A DNA stretch of 64,000 nucleotides from the human T2T-CHM13v2.0 reference genome, Homo sapiens: the NCBI RefSeq assembly GCF_009914755.1, contig NC_060930.1, one strand, 5' to 3'. Made by a program: the position numbers and the translations under genes. Of this stretch, positions 45,055-59,601 are shown piece by piece. The notes beneath the pieces are model-generated. The model saw only the letters and a program-made list of their open reading frames with translations. It was not told where the DNA came from and ran no database searches. Within the stretch, counting starts at the first letter, position 1, and the number at the start of each line of letters is the position of its first letter.

Positions 45055-46927
45055 CTGCCAGGAGAGACAGTACAATTCACTGATTGTGAGGTTCAGATAA
45101 AATGCAAGATTACAGCTGTTAATAAAATGGGGCTGCTCTTGCACCTTGAAAATCTACGAACTCCTATGAAAGAAAATGTAGAATGACAGAAGGAGATATC
45201 ACAAACATCAACTTCCAACAAAGTATACTGAAACTATTCTATCTTAAAGAGAAGTAACCGTTCAATAAACACTTTTTATGCCCCTGCTATGAGGAGACCC
45301 CTTTGCTAAGTGCTAAGAAGTATCCAAAATTAAACCAAACTCTTCTTAAGGGGCTTGCAATCTACTAGCTATAATGTAACACAAGGCAGAATATGGTTAA
45401 GTTCTAAAAGAATAAAGTTCCCAGGGGAAATAGGGATGATGTATATTCATCTACGTGGATAGAAAAGATGAACACAGAAGCAAACACTGTGAAGCAGCTT
45501 TTGAACTGAACCTTTCAAGACCTCTGGACATTTTTAGGTGGAGAAAGACAGGCATTTGCAGAGGGGGTGAGGGTAGAGAGTGAGGATGACTCTGGAGAAT
45601 AGTGAGTGGTTGAGGCAAAAACTTTCTGTGTATTCACTCATTTTGTTTTGATTTTTTTTCTAAACACGAAAGAAACAAAAAAGAGAGAAAGAGGGAGGGA
45701 AAGGAAATCAGAAAATATGATTGATTTGGCATTGAGTTTTTGAGGAGCCATTGTGAAGGGAAGTCTGATGAGGACTGGGTTGGTGAGTGGGTTGGACAGG
45801 AAAGGACTGTGGACAGGATGCAGGGTAGGGGCTCTAGTACAATGGTCCAGTAGAGGGACAAGGTAGTCCTAAATGGAGCGTGGCAGGATAGGGATGGATG
45901 TGACATAACTTAGATATTGTTTTTAAACTAATTAATGATGGGCTAGTTCTCAAAATAATGTGACATATTCATTGGCAATAACAAATGTAAAAATTTGAAT
46001 CTGTAAATTTGTATGCTGTGCACTTGATGCCCATTTTTAGTTATAGTGGGATGTCTGCCTCCCAAGTCACAGCCCTATGACATCAGCAACATGTATTACA
46101 TTTGTTAATCCCTGATCTATTTCTAGCTAGCAGCTACTTCATTCCCTGAGGCTGAAAATGTTTGAGAATCTTTATTTGTGGCAAGTGGCACAAGAAGACA
46201 CTGATTAAATAAATAAGAGAAAGATAAACAAGGCATTTTTACCAAAAACTAAATTCCCTTTTAAAAAATTAGTGACAAGGAAAAATTCTGGACAGTCCAC
46301 ATCTTATAATTTATGTGTCAAAATGGCTTTTGTAAAGACAGTTGTTTAGAACTTGGAATATAATTTGCCATAGAACAATGTAATAAGCGGTTCCTAAGTA
46401 ACCCACAAAAGCACATTTAACCCACACTGAAGACGGACTATTTGTATTTCTTATTTAAAAATGTCCACAACACTGGCAATGAAACAAAATACAATTGCAT
46501 ATGACATAATTTTTATAAAATTATTTTTAATGCTAGGTCAAATGAATTGTTCATTCATCCTCTCTCTGACCAACCAATATTTATAGACCATTTCCTTTGT
46601 GCAAAAAGCTGTACTGAGAATCCAAAAAGGTACATATCTGATCTCTGCTGCCAATTAGTTTACAACAGAACTGCTGGGGAAAGAAGAGGTGGAGCAGAGT
46701 GCCTGCCAGATCGTAAGTGTGCAAGGAGTGCTGGTGTCAGTATCAGCATTAGTATCAGCAGGGAGAAACTTCGGTGGGGACACCTGGAGATCTATAGGGG
46801 ATATAATTGGAGAGTTTTCCAATGTATGAGAAGAAAAATGAACACAGAAAGAAGGTGGTAAATTATGCCTAAGGTAACTGGGGGAATTAATTTTTCCATT
46901 AGAAAAGCTTAAGCTTAAGAATCATGC

Positions 46928-47165
<238 letters not shown>

Positions 47166-47867
47166 GTTGGGGGTGGGGAGAACTAACAAAAATTTGTATG
47201 CAAAGAAAAAAGGCTGTCTGAGGTGAAGTCAGCAGAAATAGGAGCAAGGAAAATACGGGAGTGGGCAGAGGAAGAGGAGATTATGAGAGATAAGTCAGGC
47301 AGATCCCTGTAGCAAAGAGGGAGGATGAAGACAGTGCCAGGACAGACAGGGTGGTCTCTGGGCATTTGAAAGTGGGGAAGACCATATGTAAACCTGGTGG
47401 GTACAGACCTGTGATACAAACATTTTTTAAAAAAACTAAATGGGGCTTTAGAAAACAAACACAAATACATACATACAATCTAATCCTAAGTATACAGTGC
47501 GTAGTAGTGGCTCACTAAATACTAAATGAATGAATTCATAGACTGTAAGGTAACTCATTTTTCTATCCCATATGAACTCTACCTTCAACAATATTAATAA
47601 AAATAACTACATTTTTAATATCAAGCAAGCACTGCATTAGGTTTACAAAGATCATCCCTAATCACAGCAACCTGAAGGGTAGGTGCTATTATCACAAACT
47701 TAGAAATAAGGAAACTAGAAGTTCAGGAATATTAACTTCCCCAAGGTTACACTGAGAGGAGCAGAGCTGAGATTCAAACCTAGATCTGCTGGGCTCCAAA
47801 ATCAATGCGCTTTTACTTCCAGACTGCCGATTCTGCCTGGGATTTTGGGCATCAACTTATTTGCCTT

Positions 47868-48166
47868 ACTTATTTTTTTTAAAAGACATGGTCTCACTCT
47901 GTTCCCCAGGCTGTAGTGCAGTGGAGCAATTACAGCTCACTACAACCTCAAACTCCTGGGCTCAAGTGATCCTTCTGTCTCTGCCTATCAAGTAGCTAGC
48001 ATTACAGGTGTACATCACCATGCCCAGCTGATTTTCAGAAAATTTTTTGTGGAGATGGAATCTTGCTATGTTGCCCAGGCTGGTCTTGAACTCCTGGCCC
48101 CAAGAATCCTCCCGCCTTGGCCTCCCAAAGGGCTGGGATTACAAGTGTGAGCCACCTTGCCCAGCC
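47868..48166 (-). mobile_element. AluJ-like element
   Basis: Reverse dimer with J diagnostics. Confidence 0.83.
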
Positions 48167-48679
48167 TATTTTTGTCCTACTAAATGTGGTCTTCCTTGAG
48201 AGATTGTGATTTATTGTTATAATCCTCACACTGCCTGGTACATAGTAAATGCTTAATAAATGTACATAATTTAAACGACAAATAAAAATAAATCTTTACT
48301 TAGTTCAGTATTTCTGAACTTCAGCATTATTTTACATTTACAGGCTTTGTCATAAAAGGATGCTGATACATATTTCTTTTGTATTAAACTTCAAGAAGTA
48401 AAGACATTCCAATTTCTGAAAAAACTACTTTTACATTTATTTAATGCACACATTTAAACGTCCTACAAACACAGTAGTAACTGTTCTACTAATAACTTGT
48501 GTAACCTAACATTGTAAAGTTATTTTTACCAGTAAAGACCCTTAAGAAAGTGCCCTTGTTTTTGTGAAGGTCTCCCATTACTCCCTTTACGGGATGATCC
48601 TCATCTTTACTTATGGCTTTGATCACCACCTATATGCTGGTACTTCCAAATTTATCTCCAGCCTGTGGCACCAGGTGCT

Positions 48680-49025
48680 ATATGTTCACCTAACCTTGTT
48701 TTCTTTCCATCCTGGGAATAGAGCAAGATTGTATTTCCTATTCCCATTACAGTGAAGTAGGGCTATGATACCAAGTCTGGACAATGAAGTAAAGATAGAA
48801 GAACATAAACCACTTTTAGGTCTGGCCCCTAAAAGCCTTCCTGTGCAATCTTTTTCTCTCTCTTTACTAGTGGAGTACAGAAGAGGATAAAGCCCTGGAG
48901 TCAGAGAGCCACATGAGAGAAGGAGCTTGGGCCCGGAATCATTGTCGGAGCAGAGCATACCACCCTCAATCCACATCAGACTGACATGAACAAGAAAAAC
49001 TTCCTTCGGCAAAGCATTGCAGGCA
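48680..49025 (+). mobile_element. Old MLT1 (J-like) LTR fragment
   Basis: ggagcttgggcccggaatcattgtcggagcagagc...gactgacatgaacaagaaaaacttc. Confidence 0.55.
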
Positions 49026-49334
49026 CGTGGTGAGCACAGGAAAAAACTGACCAATCTTCAAAGAGAAATGAAAAGCAATGAAGACATCTCAGAAATTTGA
49101 GGTTTTGAAGTGTTAGGGAAAAAAAATTGCTTCTAGACCCCAGACAGTAAGAAGCAAAATTGAAAAAAGCTTGAACAAAGGCCCAGTAAATTTTCTCAGT
49201 TGTACAAAGTCACTTAGATTGAGCATGAAATCTGCTTTAGATGGTGGTAAGGTAGCCACTGTTAAGTAATGAAGCCCACACCCATGTTCTCAGCAGCACT
49301 ACACACACAACAGCTGAGAGGCGGAGAAAATCCA

Positions 49335-49675
49335 GGCGTACATAGATAAAGGAATGGATAAGGAAAACGCGGTCTATACACACAATGGAAAATTGTTCAG
49401 TCTTAAAAAGAAAGAAAATGCAAACACATACTACAACATGGAAGAACCTTAACTATATCATGCTAAGTGAAATAAGCCAGTTACGAAAGATCAATACTGT
49501 ATGATTCCACTTACCTGTGAAATACCTAGAGTAGTCAAATCCATAGAAACGGAAAGTAGAATGGTGGTTGCTAGGGGCTGGGAGGAGGAGGAAATGGGAG
49601 TTTTTTTAAACAGGTATAGAGTTTCAGTTTGCAAGACGGAAAGAGTCCTGGTGATTGCTTGTACAACGTGACTTA
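49335..49675 (+). mobile_element. L1MB-like 3' end, interrupted by the L1PA7 and resuming at ~55930
   Basis: atgctaagtgaaataagccag...gtagtcaaatccatagaaacggaaagtagaatggtggttgc; continues as actactgaactgtagatgg after 55940. Confidence 0.75.
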
Positions 49676-52600
49676 TACTTTTTAAAAATTATTATTATAC
49701 CTTAAGTTCTGGGATATATGTGCAGAATGTGCAGGTTTGTTACATAGGTATACATGTGAAACGGTGGTGTGCTGCACCCATCAACCCATCATCTACATTA
49801 GGTATTTCTCCTAATGTTATCCCTCCCCTAGCCCCCCACCCAGTGTGTGATGTTCCCCTCCCCGTGTCCATGTTTTCTCATTGTTCAACTCCCACTTATA
49901 AGTGAGAACATGCAGTGTTTGGTTTTCTGTTCCTGTGTTAGTTTGCTGAGAATGACGGTTTCCAGCTTCACTCATGTCCCTGCAAAGGACACGAATTCAT
50001 CCTTTATGGCTGCATAGTATTCCGTGGTATATATGTGCCACATTTTCTTTATCCAGTCTATCATTGATGGGCATTTGGGTTACTTCCAAGTCTTTGCTAT
50101 TGTGAACACTGCTGCAATAAACATACGTGTGTATGTGTCTTTATAGTAGAATGATTCATAATCCTTTGGGTGTATACCCAGTAATGGGATTACTGGGTCA
50201 AATGGTATGTCGGTTATAGATCCTTGAGGAAATCGCCACACTGTCTTCCACAATGGTTGAACTAATTTACACACCCACCAACAGTGTAAAACAGTTCCTA
50301 TTTCTCCACATCCTCTCCAGCATCTGTTTCCTGACTGTTTAATGATCACCATTCTAAATGGTGTGACATAGTACCTAATTGTGGTTTTGATTTGCACTTC
50401 TCTAATGACTACTGATGATGAGCTTTTTTTCACGTTTGTTGGCCATATAAATGTCTTCATTCCAAAAGTGCCTGTTCATATCCTTCACCCACTTTTTGAT
50501 GTGGTTTTTTTTTTTCTTATAAATTTGTTTAAGTTCTTTGTAGATTCTGGATATTAGACCTTTGGCAGATGGACAGATTGCAAAAATTTTCTCACATTCT
50601 GTAGGTTGCCTGTTCACTCTGATGATAGTTTCTTTTGCTGTGCAGAAGCTCTTTAGTTTAATCAAATCCCATTTGTCAATTCTGGCTTTTGTTGCCATTG
50701 CTTTTGGTGTTTTAGTCATGAAGTCTTTGCCCATCCCTATGTCCTGAATGCTATCACCTAGGTTTTCTTCTAGGGTTTTTATGGTTTTAGGTCTTACGTT
50801 TAAGCCTTTAATCCATCTTAATTTTTGTATAAGGTGTAAGGAAGGGGTCCAGTATCAGTTTTCTGCATATGGCTAGCCAGTTTTCCCAACACCATTTATT
50901 ACATGAGGAATAATTTCCCCATTGCTTGTTTTTGTCAGGTTTGTCAAAGATCAGATGGTTGTAGATGTGTGGGATTATTTCTGAGGTCTCTGTTCTGTTC
51001 CATTGGTCTATATATCTGTTTTTGGTACCAGTATCATGCTGTTTTGGTTACTGTAGCCTTGTAGTCTAGTTTGAAGTCAGGTAGTGTGATGCCTCCAGCT
51101 TTGTTCTTTTTGCTTAGGATTGTCTTGTCTATATGGGCTCTTTTTTGGTTCCATATGAAATTTAAAATAGTTTTTTCTAATTCTGTGAAGAAAGTCAATG
51201 GTAGCTTGATGGGGATAGAATTGAATCTATAAATTACTTTGAGCAGTATGGCCATTTTCACAATATTGATTCTTCCTATCCATGAACATGGAATGTTTTT
51301 CCATTTGTTTCTGTCCTCTCTTATTTCCTTGAGCAGTGGTTTGTAGTTCTCCTTGAAGAGATGTTTCACATCCCTTGTAAGTTGTATTCCTAGGTATTTT
51401 ATTCTCTTTGTAGCAATTGTGAATGGGAGTTCACTCATGATTTGGCTCTCTGCTTGTCTATTACTGGTGTATAGCAATGCTTGTGAATTTTTCATATTGA
51501 TTTTGTATCCTGAGACTTTGCTAAAGTTGCTTATCAGTTTAAGGAGATTTTGGGTGAGACAATGGGGTTTTCCAAATATACAATCATGTCATCTGCAGAC
51601 AGAAACAATTTGACTTCCTCCCTTCCTATTTGTACCCATTATTTCTTTCTCTAGCCTGATTGTCCTGGCCAGAACTTCCAATACTATGTTGACTAGGAGT
51701 GGTGAGAGAGGGCATCCTTGTCTTGTGCCAGTTTTCAAGGGGAATGCTTCCAGCTTTTGCCCATTCAGTATGATATCGGCTGTGGGTTTGTCATAAATAG
51801 CTCTTATTATTTTGAGATATGTTCCATCAATACCTAGTTTATTGAGAGTTTTTAGCATGAAAGGGTATTGAATTTTATTGAAGGCCTTTTCTGCATCTAT
51901 TGGGATAATCAAGTGGTTTTTGTCATTGGTTCTGTTTAAGTGATGGATTACGTTTATTGATTTGCATATGTTGAACCAGCCTTGCATCCCAGGGATGAAG
52001 CCAACTTGATCGTGGTGGACAGGCTTTTTGATGTGCTTCTGGATTCAGTTTGCCAGTATTTTATGGAGGATTTTCTCATCGATGTTCATCAGAGATATTG
52101 GCCTGAAATTTTCTTTTCTTGTTGTCTCTGCCAGGTTTTGATAGCAGAATGATGCTGGCCTCATAAAATGAGTTGGGGGGAGCCCCTCTTTTTCTATGGT
52201 TTGTAATAGTTTCAGAAGGAATAGTACCAGCTCCTCTTTGTACCTCTGGTAGAATCTGGCTGTGAATCCGCCTGGTACTGGGCTTTTTTGGGTTGGTAGG
52301 CTATTAATTACTGCCTCAATTTCAAAACTTGTTATTGGTCTATTCAGGTATTCGACTTCTTCCTGGTTTAGTCTTGGGAGGGTGTATGAGTCTAGGTATT
52401 TATCCATTTCTTCTAGATTTTCTAGTTTGTTTCTGTAGAAGTATTTATAGTATTCTCTGATAGTAGTATGTATTTCTGTGGGATCAGTGGTGATATCCCC
52501 TTTATCATTTTTTATTGTGTCTATGTGATTCTTCTCTCTTTTCTTCTTCATTAGTCTGGCTAGCAGTCTATTTTATTCATCTTTTCAAAAATGAGCTCCT

Positions 52601-55600
52601 CGATTCACTGATTTTTTGAAGGGTTTTTCGTGTCTCTACCTCCTTCAGTTTTGCTCTGATCTTAGTTATTTCTTGTCTTCTGCTAGCTTTTGAATTTGTT
52701 TGCTCTTGCTTCTCTAGTTCTTTTAATTGTGACATAATTGCTTCTCTAGTTCTTTCAATTGTGATGTTGGGGTGCTGAATTTAGATCTTTCCCACTTTCT
52801 GATGTGGGCATTTAGTGCTATAAATTTCCCTCTGAACACTGCTTTAGCTGTGTCCCAGAGATTCTGGTATGTTGTGACTTTGTTCTCATTGGTTTCAAAG
52901 AACTTATTTATTTCTGCCTTAATTTCGTTATTTACCCAGTAGTCATTCAGGAGCAGTTTCCATGTAGTTGTGCAGTTTTGAATGAGTTTCTTAATCCTGA
53001 GTTCTAATTTGATTGCACTGTGGTCTGAGAGACTGTTTGTTATGATTTTCACTCTTTTGCATTTGCTGAGGAGTGTTTTACTTCCAATTAATTATGTAGT
53101 CAATTTTAGAATAAGTGCTATGTGGTGCTGAGAAGAATGTATATTCTGTTCATTTGGGCTGGAGAGTTCTGTAGATGTCTATTAGGTCCGCTTGGTCCAG
53201 AGCTGAGTTCAAGTCCTGAATATCCTTGTTAATTTTCTGTCTCGTTGATCTGTCTAATATTGACAGTGGGGTGTTCAAGTCTCCCACTATTATTGTGTGG
53301 GAGTCTAAGTGTTTCTGTAGGTCTCTAAGAACTTGCTTTATGAATCTGGGTGCTCCTGTATTGGTTGCATATATATTCAGGATAGTTAGGTCTTCTTGTT
53401 GCATTGATCCCTTTACCATTATGTAGTACCCTTCTTTGCCTTTTTTTATCTTAGTTGGTTTAAAGTCAGAGACTAGGATTGTAACCCCTGCTTTTTTTTG
53501 CTTTCCATTTGCTTGGTAAATATTTCTCCATTCCTTTATTTTGAGCCTATGTGTGTATTTGCACGTGAGATGGGTCTCCTGAATACAGCACACTGATGGA
53601 TCTTGACTCTTTATCCAATTTGCCAGTCTGTGTCTTTTAATTGGGACATTTAGCCTGTTTACATTTAAGGTTAAAATTGTTATGTGTGAATTTGATCCTG
53701 TTATTATGATGCTAGCTGGTTATTTTGCCCATTAGTTGATGCAGTTTCTTCATAGCATCGATGGTCTTTACAATTTCAAATGTTTTTGCAGTGGCTGGTA
53801 CCAGTTTTTCCTTTCCATATGTAGTGCTTCCTTCAGGAGCTCTTGTAAGGCAGGCCTGGTGGTGACAAAATCCCTCAGCATTTGCTTGTCTATAAAGGAT
53901 TTTATTTCTCCTTAGGTTATGAAGCTTAGCTTGCCTACATGTTAAATTTTGGGTTGAAAATTCTTTTTTTTTTTTTTTTTTTGAGACGGAGTCTCACCCT
54001 GTCACCCAGGTTGTGAGTGCAGTGGCAGCGATCTCGGCTCACTTCAAGCTTCGCCTCCCAGGTTCACGCCATTCTCCTGACTCAGCCTCCTGAGTAGATG
54101 GGACTACAGGCACCCGCCACCACGCCTGGCTTTTTTGTATCTTTATTAGAGACTGGGTTTCACCATGTTAGCCAGGATGGTCTTGATCTCCTGACCTTGT
54201 GATTCTCCTGCCTCAGCCTCCTGAGTAGCTGGGACTACAGGCACCTGCCACCACGCCCGGCTTTTTTATATTTTTATTAGAGACTGGGTTTCACCATGTT
54301 AGCTAGGATGGTCTTGATCTCCTGACCTCATGATTCTCCTGCCTCAGCCCCCTGAGTAGCTGGGACTACAGGCACCCGCCACCACACCTGGCTTTTTTGT
54401 ATTTTTATTAGAAACAGGGTTTCACCATGTTAGCCAGGATGGTCTTGATCTCCTGACCTCGTGATCCGCCCGCCGCAGCCTCCCAAAGTGCTGGGATTAG
54501 AGGCGTGAGCCACTGTGCCCGGCCGAAAATTCTTTTCTTTAAGAATGTTGAATATTGGCCCCCACTCTCTTCTGGTTTGTAGGGTTTCTGTAGAGAGATC
54601 CACTGTTAGTCTGATGGGTTTCCCTTTGTGGGTAACCCGGCCTTTCTCTCTGGCTGCCCTTAACATTTTTCCCTTCATTTCAACCTTGGTGAATCTGACA
54701 ATTATGTGTTTCAGGGTTGTTCTTCTCGAGGAGTATCTTTGTGGTATTCTCTGTATTTCCTGAATTTGAATGTTGGCCTGTCCTGCTAGGTAGTTTTCCT
54801 GGATAATATCCTGAAGTGTGTTTTCCAACTTGGTTCCATTCTCCCTGTCACTTTCAGGTACACCAATCAATCGTAGGTTTGGTCTTTTCATATAGTCCCA
54901 TATTTCTTGGAGACTTTGTTCGTTCCTTTTCATTCTTTTTTCTCTAATCTCATCTTCACGCTTTATTTCATTAAGTTGATCTTCAATCTCTGATATCCTT
55001 TCTTCTGCTTGATCAATTCAGCCATTGATACTTCCGTATGCTTCATGAAGTTCTTATGCTATGTTTTTCAGCTCCGTCAGGTCATTTATGTTCTTCTCTA
55101 AACTGGTTATTCTAGTTAGCAATACCTCTAACCTTTTTTCAAGGTTCTTATCTTCCTTGCACTGGGTTAGAACATGCTCCTTTAGCTCAGAGGAGTTTGT
55201 TATTTCCCACATTCTGAAGCCTACTTCTGTCAATTTATCAAACTCATTCTCCATCCAGTTTTGTTCCCTTGCTGGTGAGGAATTGTGGAGGAGAATTTGA
55301 AGAGGCGTTCTGGTTTTTGGAATGTTCAGCCTTTTTGTGTTGGTTTTTCCTCATCTTTGTGGATTTATCTACCTACAGTCTTTGATGTTGGTGACCTTCG
55401 GATGGGGTTTCTGTGTGGACGTCCTTTTTGTTGATGTTGATGCTATTCCTTTCTGTTTGTTATCTCTCCTTCTAACAGGCCCCTCTGCTGCAGGTCTGCT
55501 GGCGTTTGCTGGAGGTCCACTCCAGACCCTGTTTGCCTGGGTATCACCAGCAGAGACTGCAGAACAGCAAAGATTGCTGCCTGTTCCTTCCTCTGGAAGC

Positions 55601-55929
55601 TTTGTCCCAGAGGGGCACCCGCCAGATGCCAACCAGAGCTGTCCTGTATGAGGTGTCTGTCGACCCCTGCTTGGAGGTGTCTCCCAGTCAGGAGGCACGG
55701 GAGTCAGGGACCCACTTGAGGAGGCCTTCTGTCCTAGCAGAGCTCGAGCGCTGTGCTGGGAGATCTGCTGCACTCTTCAGAGCTGGCAGGCAGGAAAGTT
55801 GAAGCCTGCTGAAGCTGTGCCCACAGCTGCCCCTTCCCCCAGGTGCTCTGTCCCAGGAAGATGGGAATTTTATCTATAAGCCCCTGACTGGGGCTGCTGC
55901 CTTTCTTTCTGAGATGCCCTGTCCAGAGA
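49676..55929 (-). mobile_element. Near full-length decayed L1PA7-like LINE-1 (first ~0.75 kb missing), sense to MCM9
   Basis: ORF1 and ORF2 fragments appear in the ORF track. The 3'UTR has atctacattaggtatttctcc. TSD gtgactta at 49668 and 55930. Confidence 0.92.
53964..54524 (-). mobile_element. AluY with an internally triplicated 131-bp unit, inserted in L1 ORF1
   Basis: TSD gaaaattctttt at 53956 and 54525. Repeat units start at 54071, 54202 and 54333. Confidence 0.92.
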
Positions 55930-56012
55930 GTGACTTAATACTACTGAACTGTAGATGGTAGATTTTTATGTTATTTTTTTTTTTTTTCTCCACACACACA
56001 AAAGAATAGAAG

Positions 56013-56220
56013 CTGTTCTGGAGTGAATGTTTGTGTCCCCTCCACTTCATATGCTGAAGCCCTAACACCCAGTGTTATGGTATTGGGAGGTGGGGCCTTT
56101 GGGAGGTGATTTGGTTTAATGAAATTATAAGGATGGGACTCTCTGAGTGTCCCTCACATACATGAGCAAAAAATAACCTTTCATTCTGTTAAGTCACTGT
56201 TTGCTATAGCAGTTAGCCTA
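56013..56220 (+). mobile_element. MaLR LTR fragment (MLT1A-like)
   Basis: gaatgtttgtgtcccc...ggaggtggggcctttgggaggtgatt. Confidence 0.65.
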
Positions 56221-56511
56221 CTCTGGCTCATATGTAGCATAATCTCTCCAGCAAGCTCCAGTTCCTTTGGCTACGGCAAAACCTATCCCAACAATGTTTG
56301 AGTGGTCTTCTCATCAAAGGAATCAGGCCAGAGAACAGCCCACGCAGCAACATTGACATATTACTTTGTAGACTGTCTGACATTTCTATATTGACAGGCC
56401 TTGATTTTTAAAAATTGTTTAGCATTTTTTTTAAAAAACCCAATAAAACTGCAAAATAAAACTATACTAATGGTATTCTCACAATCCATTATATATATTT
56501 GGTAACCTTAA

Positions 56512-56850
<339 letters not shown>

Positions 56851-57435
56851 TCCTCCTCAACTTTTTAACAAGGTTGATAAAGTTGACAAAATACTTTTCA
56901 CATCTACACTGGTATAATGAACAGTAATGGGATTTACAAGCAAGGGGAATAGGAAAGAGGAAAAGGTAAAAGTATTGACCATATAAATAATCTAGAAAGA
57001 ACAGTAAACTCTCAAAGTACATGGTTTGAACTTATATTTTTCACATCCTGGTGGCACACTTGGATACCTCCAAGGATCACTTCATCTGTTTCACAGCCCA
57101 TGCAGCCCCCTAGGGGTCAGGGACCACCCAGTAGGGTTGGCTGGACAGAAGGACTTTCCCTCTTCTCCCTGCCTCTCTCTCCTCTGGCCCCCCCTTAACC
57201 AGAGACTAGACTGTGAAGACTACCACCACAGATACAGCTTCATAAGATCCTGGAAAGCAGAGGCAAACAGGGTGCTTGGGTACTGAGCAAGCACCCTGTA
57301 CAATAGCAGTGGTTCCTAAGCCAGGCAGATCAACAAGACCCAAAGTAGGTTTTGACAATGCAGATTCCCAGGTCCCACTTTACAGATTCTAATTAAGTAG
57401 GCTTGCACCAGAAAACTGATGACTAGTCAAGTTAG

Positions 57436-57936
<501 letters not shown>

Positions 57937-58339
57937 TATCTTGCCATTTTTAATTTTCAGGTTGTACTTCCTATCTAGGCATGTGAGTATAATTCAGTAG
58001 ACATTACATATATCATAGAAATGTTAAGTTTTCTCCTAAAATGTGTCTTCAACAAATATTGAGGATGTCCTTGATTATTTAAAAATCTAGTGATACCCTG
58101 CTTTTGATGAGATGCTATCCTGCTTAAGTTTGAAAAGAACCTTGAAAATAATGAAACATTATCTTTCCCAAATTATGATTTATTTAGCATCCTACAGCCT
58201 TAAAGCTCATCATCATATCAAGTTATTCAAATGACTACACACTGTCATGTGGCACTGTGCTGCCATTCACTAGGCACAGGCACTGATTTGCACAGTTTAA
58301 AAAAAGCAGATTTTAATACTGACACCCTTTCTGCCCCCA

Positions 58340-58624
58340 GAGGCAGAGAGTTTCACTCTGTCGCCCAGGCTGGAGTGCAGTGGTCCAATCATAGCTCACT
58401 GCAGCCTCAACCTCCTAGGCTCAAGTGATCCTCCAGCCTCAGACTCCTGAGTATCTGGGACCACAGGCATGCATCACCACGCTTTGCTATTTTTAAAATT
58501 TTTTGAAGAAAAGGGGTCTCATTATGTTGCCCAGGTTGGTCTTGAACTACGAGCCTCAAGTGATCCTCTGCCTCAGCCTCCCAAAGTGCTGGGATTACAA
58601 GTGTGAGCCACCACTCCCGAGCCC
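58340..58624 (-). mobile_element. AluJ-like element lacking its A-tail
   Basis: Reverse dimer starting at gaggcagagagtttcactc. Confidence 0.82.
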
Positions 58625-59150
58625 CCTTTTTTAAAAAAAACTCACGTTGCATCATTTGCTTCCTGGTTTCATCTTACTTCTATTTCATTAAGCAGCCAGG
58701 ACAAAATTTAAGTAATTAAATTCCCAAACTTTAAAAATGTTTCCAGATTTAAGTAACATAAAGAACAACAAAATTATTGGTCTTCACAAGCATGTATTGA
58801 TTCAAGAAGACCTATATTTTGGTTACTGACATAAGTCACATTTAGTAGGCTCTAGGCATCCTAAGTGTTTTACCATTTTTTCTATTTTGACTATAACAAG
58901 CTTTTGCAGTGCAGAAATCATATTGGCCTCTCCCAGTTGCTTAAGCATCTGAATAGTAGGGATTATGATATGCCCTTGTAGGTAAGGTATGTGCCACCCA
59001 CAGGAAAACACTGCATAAAGTTTGACCTCAACTTAAAAGAGCAATTTGTGAAATCACAGTTAAATGAGACACTTAAGTGTGCTTATTTTCAAAAAAAGAA
59101 CTAACTCTCTGCAGTGCATATAAGTGACACATTAAAAAAAAAAAATCTCT

Positions 59151-59601
<451 letters not shown>

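Noticed and set aside
54071-54465. Regularly spaced direct repeats superficially like a CRISPR array
   Set aside because: Eukaryotic Alu tandem units with no unique spacers.
54430-54933. 167-aa ORF1-Alu chimeric ORF
   Set aside because: A by-product of the Alu inserting into a broken ORF1. The element lacks its promoter start.
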